Made by a program: the position numbers and the translations under genes. A stretch of DNA of 64,000 nt from a bacterium (GTDB lineage: Bacteria > UBA8248): NCBI GenBank assembly GCA_965261085.1, contig OZ253442.1:4128001-4192000 (forward strand), written 5' to 3'. Below, piece after piece: positions 1-9,884 of this stretch (its first letter is position 1; each line of letters begins with the position of its first letter). The notes beneath the pieces are model-generated. The model worked only from the letters and a program-made list of their open reading frames with translations. It ran no database searches and was not told the origin of the DNA.

Positions 1-1062
1 GAACGCCCTCCCTGTCCGCGCGAGGGAGGTGGCGAGGTCGAACCGGAAACCATCGACGTGAAACTCCTCCGCCCAATAGCGCAGGCTGTCCACGATGAGG
101 CGCAAGACCGCCGGGTGTGAGGCGTTCAGTGAATTTCCGCAGCCGGTGGTGTCGACGTAGCGGCTCTCATCCTTAGGATCCACGCGGTAATAGACCCGGT
201 TGTCCAGCCCGCGAAACGCCAGATGCGGTCCCCTAAAATCGCCCTCCCCGGTATGGTTGTAGACCACGTCGAGAATCACCTCGATTCCCGCGCGGTGATA
301 CGTCTTCACCATCTCCTTGAACTCATCGACCTGCCCGCCTTTATCGCCACGGCAGGAAAAGCGGGCATCGGGCGCGAAAAAGCCGATCGTCGCGTACCCC
401 CAATAATTGGAAAGCCCCAACGTCTGGAGACGATGATCGGATATCCGGTGATGTACGGGTAAAAGTTCGATAGCCCTCACGCCCAAATCTTTCAGGTATT
501 CGACCACGCCAGGGTGGGCCAGACCCGAATACGTGCCCCGGAGCTCTTCGGGCACGTCGGGATGCCGCATGGTGAAACCTTTTACGTGCAGCTCGTAGAC
601 GATGGTTTCAGACCAGGGCGTCCCGGGCGGGGAGACATCCTCCCAATCGAAAGATGAATCCACGAGCACGCTCTTGGGCGCCGCGTGGGCGTTGTCCCTC
701 GTATCGAAATGGTGGATGTCGCCATCCCTGTAGCCGTACATCTCCTCGCACCAGTGGAGGTCGCCCGCAATCGCTCTCGCATACGGGTCGAGCAGCACCT
801 TGTGGGGGTTGAAGCGATGCCCCTGTGCGGGCGCATAGGGGCCGTGGACGCGAAATCCATAGGGCCGGCCCGCCTCGAGGCCTACCACCTCCACGCGCCA
901 GAGGTCGCCCTCCCGCTCAAGGGGAATCCGCTCCGTTTCATTTTGGTGGTCACCCGGGTCGAACAGGCAAAGCTCGACCCCCTCCGCGTTCTCGGAGAAA
1001 AGAGAAAAGCGCACGCCTCCCTCAATCCATTCGGCGCCCTGGCGCCCTTCCGGCTGACTCAT
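1..1062 (-). CDS. glgX: Glycogen debranching enzyme (5' part; runs off window start; absent from ORF track)
   Basis: ATG at 1062 with GGAGG SD; translation GAEWIEGGVRFSLFSENAEGVELCLFD...GHRFNPHKVLLDPYARAI is the typical GlgX/isoamylase N-terminus. Confidence 0.9.
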   Translation of the reverse strand, partial: MSQPEGRQGAEWIEGGVRFSLFSENAEGVELCLFDPGDHQNETERIPLEREGDLWRVEVVGLEAGRPYGFRVHGPYAPAQGHRFNPHKVLLDPYARAIAGDLHWCEEMYGYRDGDIHHFDTRDNAHAAPKSVLVDSSFDWEDVSPPGTPWSETIVYELHVKGFTMRHPDVPEELRGTYSGLAHPGVVEYLKDLGVRAIELLPVHHRISDHRLQTLGLSNYWGYATIGFFAPDARFSCRGDKGGQVDEFKEMVKTYHRAGIEVILDVVYNHTGEGDFRGPHLAFRGLDNRVYYRVDPKDESRYVDTTGCGNSLNASHPAVLRLIVDSLRYWAEEFHVDGFRFDLATSLARTGRAF

Positions 1063-1322
1063 CTTCCTCCCGCCTTATATTCGTATCGTCCCCGACGAAC
1101 AAAATCGCGGGGCATCACGACGCATCCACCCGATAATGCCCCATCATACGCTAATTTTGTTGTGATTTTGTTACACAGGCCTTTGATAACCGAGCTTGAA
1201 TCTCCCTCCGCCAATTTCAAGACTTTCGCGTCAGTCGGTTCGGCTTCACCTTTTCCCCGGATAAGCTGTAAAATCCCCGCGTCCACCAGAGGGCCTACAT
1301 CCAACCGAAACGGGAGAGAATC

Positions 1323-2492
1323 TTGAAGATCATCGACATCCGCGAGACGGTGGTGCCCATACAGTCCGACCTCAGAAACGCATTCATCGATTTTTCCCTG
1401 ATGACGGTGAGCGTCGCCGCGCTCGTCACGGACGTGGTGCGCGACGGCAAGCGCGTCGTCGGCTTCGGCTTCAACTCGAACGGCCGCTACGCCCAGCAGG
1501 GGCTTTTGCGCGAGCGCTTCATTCCCAGGCTCCAGGAGGCGGACCCCGAATCGCTGCTGAACGAGGAAGGCTCAAACTTCGACCCGGCAAAAATATGGGA
1601 CTACATGATGAAAAACGAAAAGCCCGGCGGGCACGGCGATCGCTCCGTCGCCGTGGGCATCATCGACATGGCGGTGTGGGACATGGTGGCCAAAATCGAG
1701 GAAAAACCGCTCTACCGCCACCTGGCGGACACCTACCGCGACGGACGATGCGACGAAAAAGTATCCGTCTACGCCGCCGGGGGCTATTACTACCCGGGGA
1801 AAGACCTGAAAGCCCTCCAGAACGAGATGCAGAGCTATCTCGAGCGCGGCTACACCACCGTCAAGATGAAGATAGGCGGTGAATCACTCGATGACGACAT
1901 CAGGAGAATCGAGGCGGTGCTCGAGGTCGTGGGCGAAGGCCGGAACCTGGCGGTGGACGCCAACGGAAAATTCGACATGGAAACCGCCATTGCCTACGGA
2001 GAGGCGCTCGCACCCTACGGCCTCCACTGGTACGAGGAGGCGGGCGACCCGCTCGATTACGCCCTTCAGGCCGAACTCGCCCGGCACTACGACAAACCCA
2101 TGGCGACGGGGGAAAACCTCTTCTCCACCCTGGACGCGAGAAACCTGATCCGCTACGGGGGGATGCGGCCGGGCGTGGATATCCTGCAGTTCGACTGCGC
2201 GCTGAGCTACGGCCTGGTGGAGTATCTGAGAACGCTTAAGATGGCGGAAGAACACGGCTGGTCGGCCCGCTCGTTCATCCCCCACGGCGGGCATCAACTC
2301 TCGCTCAACATCGCAGGCGGACTCGGCCTTGGCGGCAGTGAGTCCTACCCCGACGTGTTCAAGCCCTTCAACGGCTTCGCCGACGGCGTGGCGGTGGAGG
2401 ACGGCTACGTCGGGTTTCCCGACCTGCCCGGCCTCGGCATCGAGGACAAGGCCGCTCTCAAGGACGTGCTGAAAGAGCTGTCTGAAATCTAG
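1323..2492 (+). CDS. tarD: Mandelate racemase/enolase superfamily enzyme, D-tartrate dehydratase-like
   Basis: RNAFIDFS..T.S..A.VTDVVRDGKRVVGFGFNSNGRY N-terminus, KMK motif, DAN, WYEE, ATGENLFS, PHGGH. Confidence 0.75.
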   Translation: MKIIDIRETVVPIQSDLRNAFIDFSLMTVSVAALVTDVVRDGKRVVGFGFNSNGRYAQQGLLRERFIPRLQEADPESLLNEEGSNFDPAKIWDYMMKNEKPGGHGDRSVAVGIIDMAVWDMVAKIEEKPLYRHLADTYRDGRCDEKVSVYAAGGYYYPGKDLKALQNEMQSYLERGYTTVKMKIGGESLDDDIRRIEAVLEVVGEGRNLAVDANGKFDMETAIAYGEALAPYGLHWYEEAGDPLDYALQAELARHYDKPMATGENLFSTLDARNLIRYGGMRPGVDILQFDCALSYGLVEYLRTLKMAEEHGWSARSFIPHGGHQLSLNIAGGLGLGGSESYPDVFKPFNGFADGVAVEDGYVGFPDLPGLGIEDKAALKDVLKELSEI

Positions 2493-3493
2493 AGAAACTC
2501 GGGCATCACCTCTTTGGCGAAGCGCTCGAGCGTTCTCAAGACGAGTTCCTGCGGCATCCCCGGCCACTGGACCCGGAACGCCATGTGGTCCACGCCCAAC
2601 TCGTCTCGGTGGCGTCTGATATCCTCGGCCACGTCCTCCGCCGAGCCGATCAGGAACCTGTCGGAGCGCAGCTCATCGAGCGGCATCCGGAGCGTATCGC
2701 TCTTGGGCAGCGCCTCGCTCTGGCCCCACTTCACGTAGACGTTGTATTTCACCGCCAGATAATCCGCGCATTCGCGAAAGGCGCTCTCCCTGTCATCGCC
2801 GATGAACATCTCCTTGATGACGGGCGTCGCATCGGGCGCGCCCTTGCCTGCGGCTTCGCGTTCGGCGTGAAACATCTCCATCTGACGCTTGAGCGTGTCG
2901 AAGCGCGCATGGGGATTCAGGAACCACGCCTCGCTCATTCTGGCGGCTCGCTTCACGGCGCCGTCTCCGTTCGCCGCTATCCAGATGGGCGGCCTGGGCT
3001 TCTGGGTAGGCCGCATGGTGAGCGTGACGTCCTCGAGCTGGACGACTTCGCCCGCATAATTCAGCGTCTCCCCTTCGAGCAGGCGGGTGACGGCTTCCAG
3101 TTTTTCTTCGAACGCCTTGACGCGGTAAGGTTTTGCGAGGCCGAACGCGCGATATTCGGGCTCGCGGTAGCCGAGTCCCACGCCGAGCACGAAGCGGCCC
3201 TTCGTCATGGCGTCGAGCGTGGCGACTTGCTCGGCCACGTCCACCGGATTGTGGAGCGCGAGCAGCAGGATGCCCGTGCCGACGGTCATATCGCCTGCGT
3301 GGGCCGCCACCTGGGCGACGCTCGGCCAGGTCTGCATCATCCACACGCCCTCGGTGAGGTAGTGCTGGCCGCACCACACGCTGTGAAAACCCAGATCGCG
3401 AATGAGGCGCACCTGCTCGAGATGCTCCTCCCAGCGTTCTGCGGGGTCATCTTCCAACGAGTGCTGGTTCATGACGAACATGCCGAATTTCAT
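2489..3493 (-). CDS. LLM-class (luciferase-like) flavin/F420-dependent oxidoreductase
   Basis: MKFG start at 3493, GQHY, AEQVATLDAMTKGRFVLGVGLGYR, PTQKPRPPIWIAA. Confidence 0.85.
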   Translation of the reverse strand: MKFGMFVMNQHSLEDDPAERWEEHLEQVRLIRDLGFHSVWCGQHYLTEGVWMMQTWPSVAQVAAHAGDMTVGTGILLLALHNPVDVAEQVATLDAMTKGRFVLGVGLGYREPEYRAFGLAKPYRVKAFEEKLEAVTRLLEGETLNYAGEVVQLEDVTLTMRPTQKPRPPIWIAANGDGAVKRAARMSEAWFLNPHARFDTLKRQMEMFHAEREAAGKGAPDATPVIKEMFIGDDRESAFRECADYLAVKYNVYVKWGQSEALPKSDTLRMPLDELRSDRFLIGSAEDVAEDIRRHRDELGVDHMAFRVQWPGMPQELVLRTLERFAKEVMPEFL

Positions 3494-3512
3494 ATCACCC
3501 TCTCGTTTTGTC

Positions 3513-4421
3513 TTAGGAATCCTTGGTTCCGAAATCATCGGCCAGGGCGATCACTTTCTCCGCCGCCTCGACCACGGGATAGTCGATCATTCTTCCGCCG
3601 ACGGAGACGCTCGCCTCCCCGCGCGCCGTCGCCTCTTCAAAGGCGACGATTACCTCGCGCGCCTTTTCGACCTCTTGTTTCGTCGGCGTGAACGCGTGGT
3701 TCACGATTTCCACCTGCCGGGGGTGGATACAGAATTTGCCGAACATGCCGAGCGCGCGGCACCTCTCCGCGCTAATCGCGAGGCCTTCCTGATCGTCTAA
3801 GGCAATCCACACCGTATCGAGGGGTTTCTCCAAACCTGCGGCGCGCGAGGCCACTGCGATGCGAGAGCGCGGATAATCGAAGGTGAACTCATCGCGCGGC
3901 CATTCGATGTCCAGATCGTTGGTGTAGTCCCCCGCCCCGAAAGCGAGCGCGAAACGCCGCTCCCCCGTATCGGCGGAGGCGATGGCGAAAGCATCCTCAA
4001 CACCCCGGGCGTTCTCGATAATGGCGAGCAGGTGGACCGACCCCGCCTCACAGCCCGCCTTTTTTTCCGCATCGCGAAGAAGACGGTCGGCCGTGAGAAT
4101 CTGGCCGGCGTTCTCCGCCTTGGGGAGCACGATACCCCGGAGCGCGGGACCCACGACGGCGGCGATGTCCTCCGGCCCGCAGGCGATGGAAAAACCCGTC
4201 ACGTCATCCAGTGGATTCACGCGCACGAAAACGTCCGCCCCGTCTTCTTCGACTATCGTTTTCACAGCCGCCCCGAGCGCACCCCGCGTGGACGTCTTCT
4301 CATCGGCGGGCACCGCGTCTTCTAAGTCCAAAACGACGGCGTCGGCCCCGGCCTTGCCCACTTTGGCGAGCATTCTCTCCCTGTTTCCGGGGGCGAACAG
4401 AATCGTCCGGTAGAGTTTCAT
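3513..4421 (-). CDS. HpcH/HpaI aldolase / CitE-like CoA-ester lyase
   Basis: RTILFAPG, LDLEDAV, VRVN, IVLPK, GKFCIHPRQ, GRMIDYP motifs. Confidence 0.88.
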   Translation of the reverse strand: MKLYRTILFAPGNRERMLAKVGKAGADAVVLDLEDAVPADEKTSTRGALGAAVKTIVEEDGADVFVRVNPLDDVTGFSIACGPEDIAAVVGPALRGIVLPKAENAGQILTADRLLRDAEKKAGCEAGSVHLLAIIENARGVEDAFAIASADTGERRFALAFGAGDYTNDLDIEWPRDEFTFDYPRSRIAVASRAAGLEKPLDTVWIALDDQEGLAISAERCRALGMFGKFCIHPRQVEIVNHAFTPTKQEVEKAREVIVAFEEATARGEASVSVGGRMIDYPVVEAAEKVIALADDFGTKDS

Positions 4422-4871
4422 AGGTGGTTCTCCTTTTCTTTCACCTTACGAGATGATGTTTTTTACCCTTGATGGCGGCGCTTGCCAAGCCGTGGAGGCC
4501 TGCGACGGATTATCAGGTGTACGCGAAGACCGAAGCCGAGTCGGTCGGACAGGCGGTTGCGCCCCCGTCCGGGAACGTCTGGGCGCTTTTCCAAACCCGG
4601 CGCGTTATGAACAGTGCGTACTGCGCTCCCCACGCCGGCGCGGTCTCGCGTACGCCGCGGCCTAACCATCCTCCGCCTCACGATTGTATCCCCCCGGTGG
4701 ATGCCGTAGAGTGGGTTTACCGCTGTATGTGTGGCTAGGGATCCGCTACGGGTCTGGACCGAGCGCCGCGTAAAGCCGCAAAAAACGGCTGACACCTTAA
4801 GGGATAAAAGACCAGGGGGGATACGCGGGTGTGAGTGTGTACGCCCGTCATCCAAATCTTGAGGTGCCCCC

Positions 4872-5729
4872 ATGACGTTTTTCGCCCTGGCGTTGGTGCT
4901 CACCGCTGCTCTTAGTCACGCCACCTGGAACTTGCTGGTCAAACGCATCAACGGCGGGCCGGAGTTGGTCTGGCTGTTTTCCTCTCTCTCGGTCTTGATA
5001 TATTTGCCGGTCGCGGTGGGCGTTTATCTGGTAGAGCGCCCCCTCCTGGGTTGGCGCGAGGTCGGGTTCTGCATCGGCAGTTCCTTGCTGCATTTGGCCT
5101 ACTTCCTGCTTCTCCAGCAGGGCTACCGCAAGGGCGAGTTATCCTTGGTCTATCCGGTTGCGCGGGCGACCGGACCGTTCCTGTCAACCCTGTTTGCCGT
5201 CTTCATCCTGGGCGAGAATCTGAGCCTCCCGATCGTCGGCGGCGGCTTGGCTATCATCGTCGGCGTAGTGTTCCTTACCGGTGGCTTCGGCCGGGGCGCC
5301 ACGCGGCGCAGAAGTTCGCTGATGTTCGGGGTCGCAGTCGGCGTGCTGATCGGGAGCTACACGGTCTGGGACGCCTTTACGGTCAGCGCTATCGCCGTAC
5401 CGCCAGTGCTGCTTGACTACGCATCGAGCCTTGCGCGCACTGTATTTCTGGCTCCCTACGCGGTGACGCGCAAGGAGGTGATGGCGAAGCACTGGCGGGA
5501 ACACAAAGTCGCCGTGATCGGCATTGCCGTGTTCAGCTCACTCGCCTATATCCTGGTGCTGACGGCCCTCGTCTTCACGCCCATCGTATACGTTGCGCCG
5601 GCGCGCGAGGTCAGCGTTCTGATCACGGTGGCGATGGGGTCGATCCTTCTGGGCGAGGGCGAGTTGCGTCGACGCATGGGGTGGGCCTGCCTGATTCTCC
5701 TGGGCATGGTGATGCTGGTGCTGAACTAG
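4872..5729 (+). CDS. DMT/EamA family transporter
   Basis: About 10 hydrophobic helices, HATWNLLVK, GELSLVYPVAR, APAREVSV. Confidence 0.85.
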   Translation: MTFFALALVLTAALSHATWNLLVKRINGGPELVWLFSSLSVLIYLPVAVGVYLVERPLLGWREVGFCIGSSLLHLAYFLLLQQGYRKGELSLVYPVARATGPFLSTLFAVFILGENLSLPIVGGGLAIIVGVVFLTGGFGRGATRRRSSLMFGVAVGVLIGSYTVWDAFTVSAIAVPPVLLDYASSLARTVFLAPYAVTRKEVMAKHWREHKVAVIGIAVFSSLAYILVLTALVFTPIVYVAPAREVSVLITVAMGSILLGEGELRRRMGWACLILLGMVMLVLN

Positions 5730-6027
5730 CGCCACGGCGGGCTTATTCCAGAAGCTTGTACTGCCGGCATGAAAGAAGCGGCTGTACCATATCTCCCCTG
5801 CCACCTATGCTACCGCTCGGGCTGAATTCCGGATGCGCAACGATTTGCGCCCCCCGGGCACTGGAGCGGCTCGGAAACACGATGCGGACACCCATTGGCG
5901 GTTGGTTCTCACCACTGGAGCACCGGTGGTCTCATCACACATTGGGATGAACACCCTCTTTCGTTTCGGCTCGAACGCTACCTGGAATATAATCGCGCCA
6001 AAATGACCCCATATACGGAGCCTCCCC

Positions 6028-7704
6028 ATGAATCGCGACGAACTGTTGTATCGCCCCATCACGGAACTGGCCGCCCTCATCGAGGCAGGCGATGCGAAGC
6101 CGAGCGAGGTGCTCGAAAGCCACATCGCCAGAACCCAAGGACTGGACGCCACCATCAACGCCTTCACGAGAACCACCTTCGAACTCGCCAGAGCACAGGC
6201 GGGGCGGCTGGATGAGGCGCTCACCCGGGGAGAATACCTGGGGCCGCTCCACGGAATTCCCATAGCGCTCAAGGATTTGCTCGACTTGAAAGGCCACCCG
6301 ACCACGGCGGGCAGCAGGATTTTGGGGAAAACCGCGGCGCTCGTATCGGCGGAGTGCGTGCGCAGGCTCATAGAAGCTGGGGCGGTCATCATCGGAAAAA
6401 CGAATTTGCAGGAATTCGCGCGCGGCGGCACCGGGGCGAACAGCGCTTTCGGCCCGGCGCGAAACCCCTGGAGTCTGGATCACACGCCAGGGGGAAGCAG
6501 CAGCGGCTCGGCCGCCTGTGTGGCGGCGGGAATGGCGGCGGCAGCGCTTGGCTCCGACACCGGCGGCTCGGTGCGCCTGCCCGCTTCGTTCTGTAATCTG
6601 GTGGGAATCCGTTCCACCTATGGCCGGGTGAGCAGGGCCGGGGCCGTGCCCTTAGGACTCAGCTTCGACAACGTGGGTCCCCTCACGCGAACGGTGGAGG
6701 ACGCCGCCCTCATCCTACAAGCCATCGCCGGTCCCGACCCCAAGGACCCGACGACGGGGAACAGGCCCGCGCCCGATTTTCTCGAATGCGTGAACGAGGG
6801 CGTACACGGCATGACACTGGGTGTCCCCACCAACCACTTCTGGCCGGGTGAGGACCCGGAAGCGGAAGCCGTCGTCCGAGAGGCCATCGCCCGATTCGAG
6901 AAGTTGGGAGCGAATCTCGTAGAGGTGGAAATCCCCTGGGCGCGGCTTGGCCAGGTCGCCTACGCCGCGACCGTGGGGCCTGAGGGTGCGGAATACCACC
7001 GGAAATATCTGGAAAACCACCGGGACGGGTATGTATCTCCGGGAGCGGATTTCTTCGAGCACAGCCTCTTCATTCCGGGCTGGCGCTACGTGCAGGCGCA
7101 AAAGGCGAGAACCTTCTTCATCCGCCAGGCGGCGGAGGTTTTCAGAAGCGTGGACGCCGTGCTCACGCCCACCGTCGCCATCGCGCCCCCCACCATTGCG
7201 GATTGTCTGGACGGGATGAAGATGTGGCCGGTGGTGAGCGACAACACCGCCGCCTTCAGCACCATCGGCAATCCCGTGCTTCAGGTCCCTTGCGGTTTCA
7301 CGAAAGCGCACCTGCCCGTCGGTCTTCAGATTGCGGGCAGATGGGGGGATGAGGCGCGTCTTTTCCGCATCGGCAAGGCGCTCGAAACCGACAATCCACT
7401 GTGGAAGTTGAGACCGCCTGAAATAGACGAGCAGCCGTCTCCCGAAGAATTTCTGCAAGCCTCCGCCTCCTCACCCTCGCAAGGTGAGCCGGATACAGAG
7501 GCGGTGGGCCATATTCTGGCCATGGCGAAAACTATGGGCTATGCGATCGACAGGGATAAAATCTCGCTGGAGAGCCTCGCGCAAGGCGTGGCGAACATGC
7601 TCTCGGGCCTTCAAAAACTGGACGACCTCGTTCTCGATGGTTGCGAGCGCGCCGAAACGCTCAACCTTCTCGACATGGATTTCGACTCCATCCCGAAGCC
7701 GTGA
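6028..7704 (+). CDS. Amidase signature family enzyme with C-terminal extension
   Basis: GPLHGIPIALKD, PGGSSSGSAA, LGSDTGGSVRLPAS. Confidence 0.9.
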   Translation: MNRDELLYRPITELAALIEAGDAKPSEVLESHIARTQGLDATINAFTRTTFELARAQAGRLDEALTRGEYLGPLHGIPIALKDLLDLKGHPTTAGSRILGKTAALVSAECVRRLIEAGAVIIGKTNLQEFARGGTGANSAFGPARNPWSLDHTPGGSSSGSAACVAAGMAAAALGSDTGGSVRLPASFCNLVGIRSTYGRVSRAGAVPLGLSFDNVGPLTRTVEDAALILQAIAGPDPKDPTTGNRPAPDFLECVNEGVHGMTLGVPTNHFWPGEDPEAEAVVREAIARFEKLGANLVEVEIPWARLGQVAYAATVGPEGAEYHRKYLENHRDGYVSPGADFFEHSLFIPGWRYVQAQKARTFFIRQAAEVFRSVDAVLTPTVAIAPPTIADCLDGMKMWPVVSDNTAAFSTIGNPVLQVPCGFTKAHLPVGLQIAGRWGDEARLFRIGKALETDNPLWKLRPPEIDEQPSPEEFLQASASSPSQGEPDTEAVGHILAMAKTMGYAIDRDKISLESLAQGVANMLSGLQKLDDLVLDGCERAETLNLLDMDFDSIPKP

Positions 7705-7711
7705 GAGTCGC

Positions 7712-8836
7712 CTAATCCGGTTTCAGGAGGACCTTCAGGCACTCCCCCGTTCCGGTGACCTCGATGCCCGCCTGCACCTGGGAGAGCGGCAGGCGATGGG
7801 TGAAGATGTCGTCAATCGGCAGGTCCGTTCTCAAGAGCATGTCCATCGCCGGTTCGAACTGCACCTGGGGATAGGCCCATGAGCCGCAGATATCCACGTC
7901 CTTGTTGCACACCTGGTGGGGCCTGATTTCCACCCCTCCCGGGTCGCCGTAATGCCCGACTTCCACCAGCTTCCCGCCCCGGCGGACGATGTCCAGACCC
8001 TCGGCGAAGGCAGCGGGAACGCCCGCCGCCTCGATCACCACGTCGGGTCCCACGCCATCCGTCCAGGAGAGAATCTGCTCTTTTCTTTCCTCTTTCGTGA
8101 GCGCCGCGAGACTCACCGTCTTCGTGGCCCCGAACTTTCCGGAAAACGCGAGTCTTTCTTCGCTCATATCCACCGCGATGATCTCGCCCGCCCCCATCGT
8201 CTTGAGAGCCGCCACTACCAGCAGGCCGATGGGGCCCACACCCATGACGGCGCACCGCGCGCCCACGCCGAAGCCCTCCCCCGCATAGGGGATGCCCGGA
8301 GAAAGAGAGCGCCCGGCCGCTCTCTGGGCCACCGCCAGGGGTTCGCAAAGCGTGGCCCGCTCGAGTGAGAGACCCTCTGGCAGCTTCAAGGCGAAGGAGT
8401 TTCCGGGAATGTACATGTATTCTGAAAACGCCCCGAAAAGGTGCGGCGCCTCGGCGGAGGTGCGGAAGCCGAAAACCGTGCGGTTCGGGCACAACTGGGG
8501 CCGGTGCGGCGTGTGAATGCAAAACCAGCACCTGCCGCAGGCCTGACTGCCCGGCGCCACGGTGATGGCGTCGCCCTCCTGGATGGGTCCGCCCACGATC
8601 TTCATGGCCGAATTCGCCAGAGGCCCCATCTTCTCGACGACGCCGCTGAACTCATGCCCCGGAATGACCGGCCACGCCACGTTCAGGTTGCCCCCGTACA
8701 TGTGCTTGTCCGAACCGCAGATACCGACGGCGGCCACCCGCATCAAAAGGGCGTCGTCCTCAATCTCGGGCATGGGGTATTCACGGAGGGCGATTTCGCC
8801 CGGCTGTAGAATCGTGGCGGCCTGAACGGTGGACAT
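7712..8836 (-). CDS. Zinc-dependent medium-chain dehydrogenase
   Basis: GICGSD, GHEFSG, CGRCWFC...C, GVGPIG. Confidence 0.9.
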   Translation of the reverse strand: MSTVQAATILQPGEIALREYPMPEIEDDALLMRVAAVGICGSDKHMYGGNLNVAWPVIPGHEFSGVVEKMGPLANSAMKIVGGPIQEGDAITVAPGSQACGRCWFCIHTPHRPQLCPNRTVFGFRTSAEAPHLFGAFSEYMYIPGNSFALKLPEGLSLERATLCEPLAVAQRAAGRSLSPGIPYAGEGFGVGARCAVMGVGPIGLLVVAALKTMGAGEIIAVDMSEERLAFSGKFGATKTVSLAALTKEERKEQILSWTDGVGPDVVIEAAGVPAAFAEGLDIVRRGGKLVEVGHYGDPGGVEIRPHQVCNKDVDICGSWAYPQVQFEPAMDMLLRTDLPIDDIFTHRLPLSQVQAGIEVTGTGECLKVLLKPD

Positions 8837-8987
8837 CGAATCTGCCTCCTGGAAGTGATGATCTCAAACGCAATAAAACCGGCGCAGAGCGTCTCGGGAA
8901 GTTGTGATGCACGCTACTTTAGCGTATCTCTAATTCCCGCCACAATGAAGGTGGGAAAACGAACCCCGGATCATCTGAGGAAAACCC

Positions 8988-9851
8988 ATGCCGATCGAGA
9001 AGACGCTCGCTATTTTCGGCTATCCCCTGGGGCATACGCTCTCGCCCGTCATGCACAACGCGGCGGCGCAGGCGCTGAATCTGCCCTACCGCTTCATGGC
9101 GTATGAGGTGCATCCGGATCAATATGAAGAAGCGGTTCGCGGCGCGGGGGCTATGGGTTTCGCCGGTTTCTGCGTCACCATCCCCCACAAGGTGGCCACC
9201 TTCCGGCTCGTGGACAAGGTGAGCGAGGATGCGAGGCTCATGGGCGCGGTGAACATGGTGACCTTCGAGAGCGGCGGCAGGCTCAAGGGCCACAACACCG
9301 ACGGCTCGGGCTGGCTCCGGTCCCTGGAAGAGGAAACGGGCGTCTCCCCGCAAGGGAAGAGATGCCTCCTTCTGGGCGCGGGCGGGGCCGCGCGGGCGAT
9401 CGCCATCAAGCTCGCGCAAACCGGGGCCGCGCACGTCGAGATTCGAAACCGCACGGCGGAGAAAGCCGTATCGTTGGCGCAGGAGGTGAAATCACATTTC
9501 CCGAAAACCGAAATCCACGGAGGCGGCCTGGAGGCGCTTGAATCCGCCGCCCGGGGGCGGGATATTATCGTCAACACGACGAGCCTGGGGATGTCCGGCG
9601 ATAAAGAAAGGGAGGCGGCCTGCTGCCTTCCCGAGGAATTCATACCGCCCGGAAGCATTTGCGCCGACGCGGTCTACAGCCCGCTCGACACCCCTTTTCT
9701 GAAAGCGGCCCGCCGAAAAGGGGCGCGCGCCGTTTCTGGCATCGGCTGGCTTTTGCACCAGGGTGCCCAGGGCTGGAAGCTTTGGACAGGCACGCAGATG
9801 CCCATCGAGCATGTGCGCGAGAAGATGCTCGAAGCGCTTCAGAACCGATAG
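8988..9851 (+). CDS. aroE: Shikimate dehydrogenase family
   Basis: GHTLSPVMHN, VTIPHK, GAVN, NTDG, GAGGAARA, NRT. Confidence 0.85.
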   Translation: MPIEKTLAIFGYPLGHTLSPVMHNAAAQALNLPYRFMAYEVHPDQYEEAVRGAGAMGFAGFCVTIPHKVATFRLVDKVSEDARLMGAVNMVTFESGGRLKGHNTDGSGWLRSLEEETGVSPQGKRCLLLGAGGAARAIAIKLAQTGAAHVEIRNRTAEKAVSLAQEVKSHFPKTEIHGGGLEALESAARGRDIIVNTTSLGMSGDKEREAACCLPEEFIPPGSICADAVYSPLDTPFLKAARRKGARAVSGIGWLLHQGAQGWKLWTGTQMPIEHVREKMLEALQNR

Positions 9852-9884
9852 AATCCATCAAAAGATAAGGAGCCTGAGAATTTC

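Noticed and set aside
4453-4860. Short ORFs or ncRNA between the CitE-like gene and the DMT transporter
   Set aside because: No recognisable motif, SD or convincing structure.
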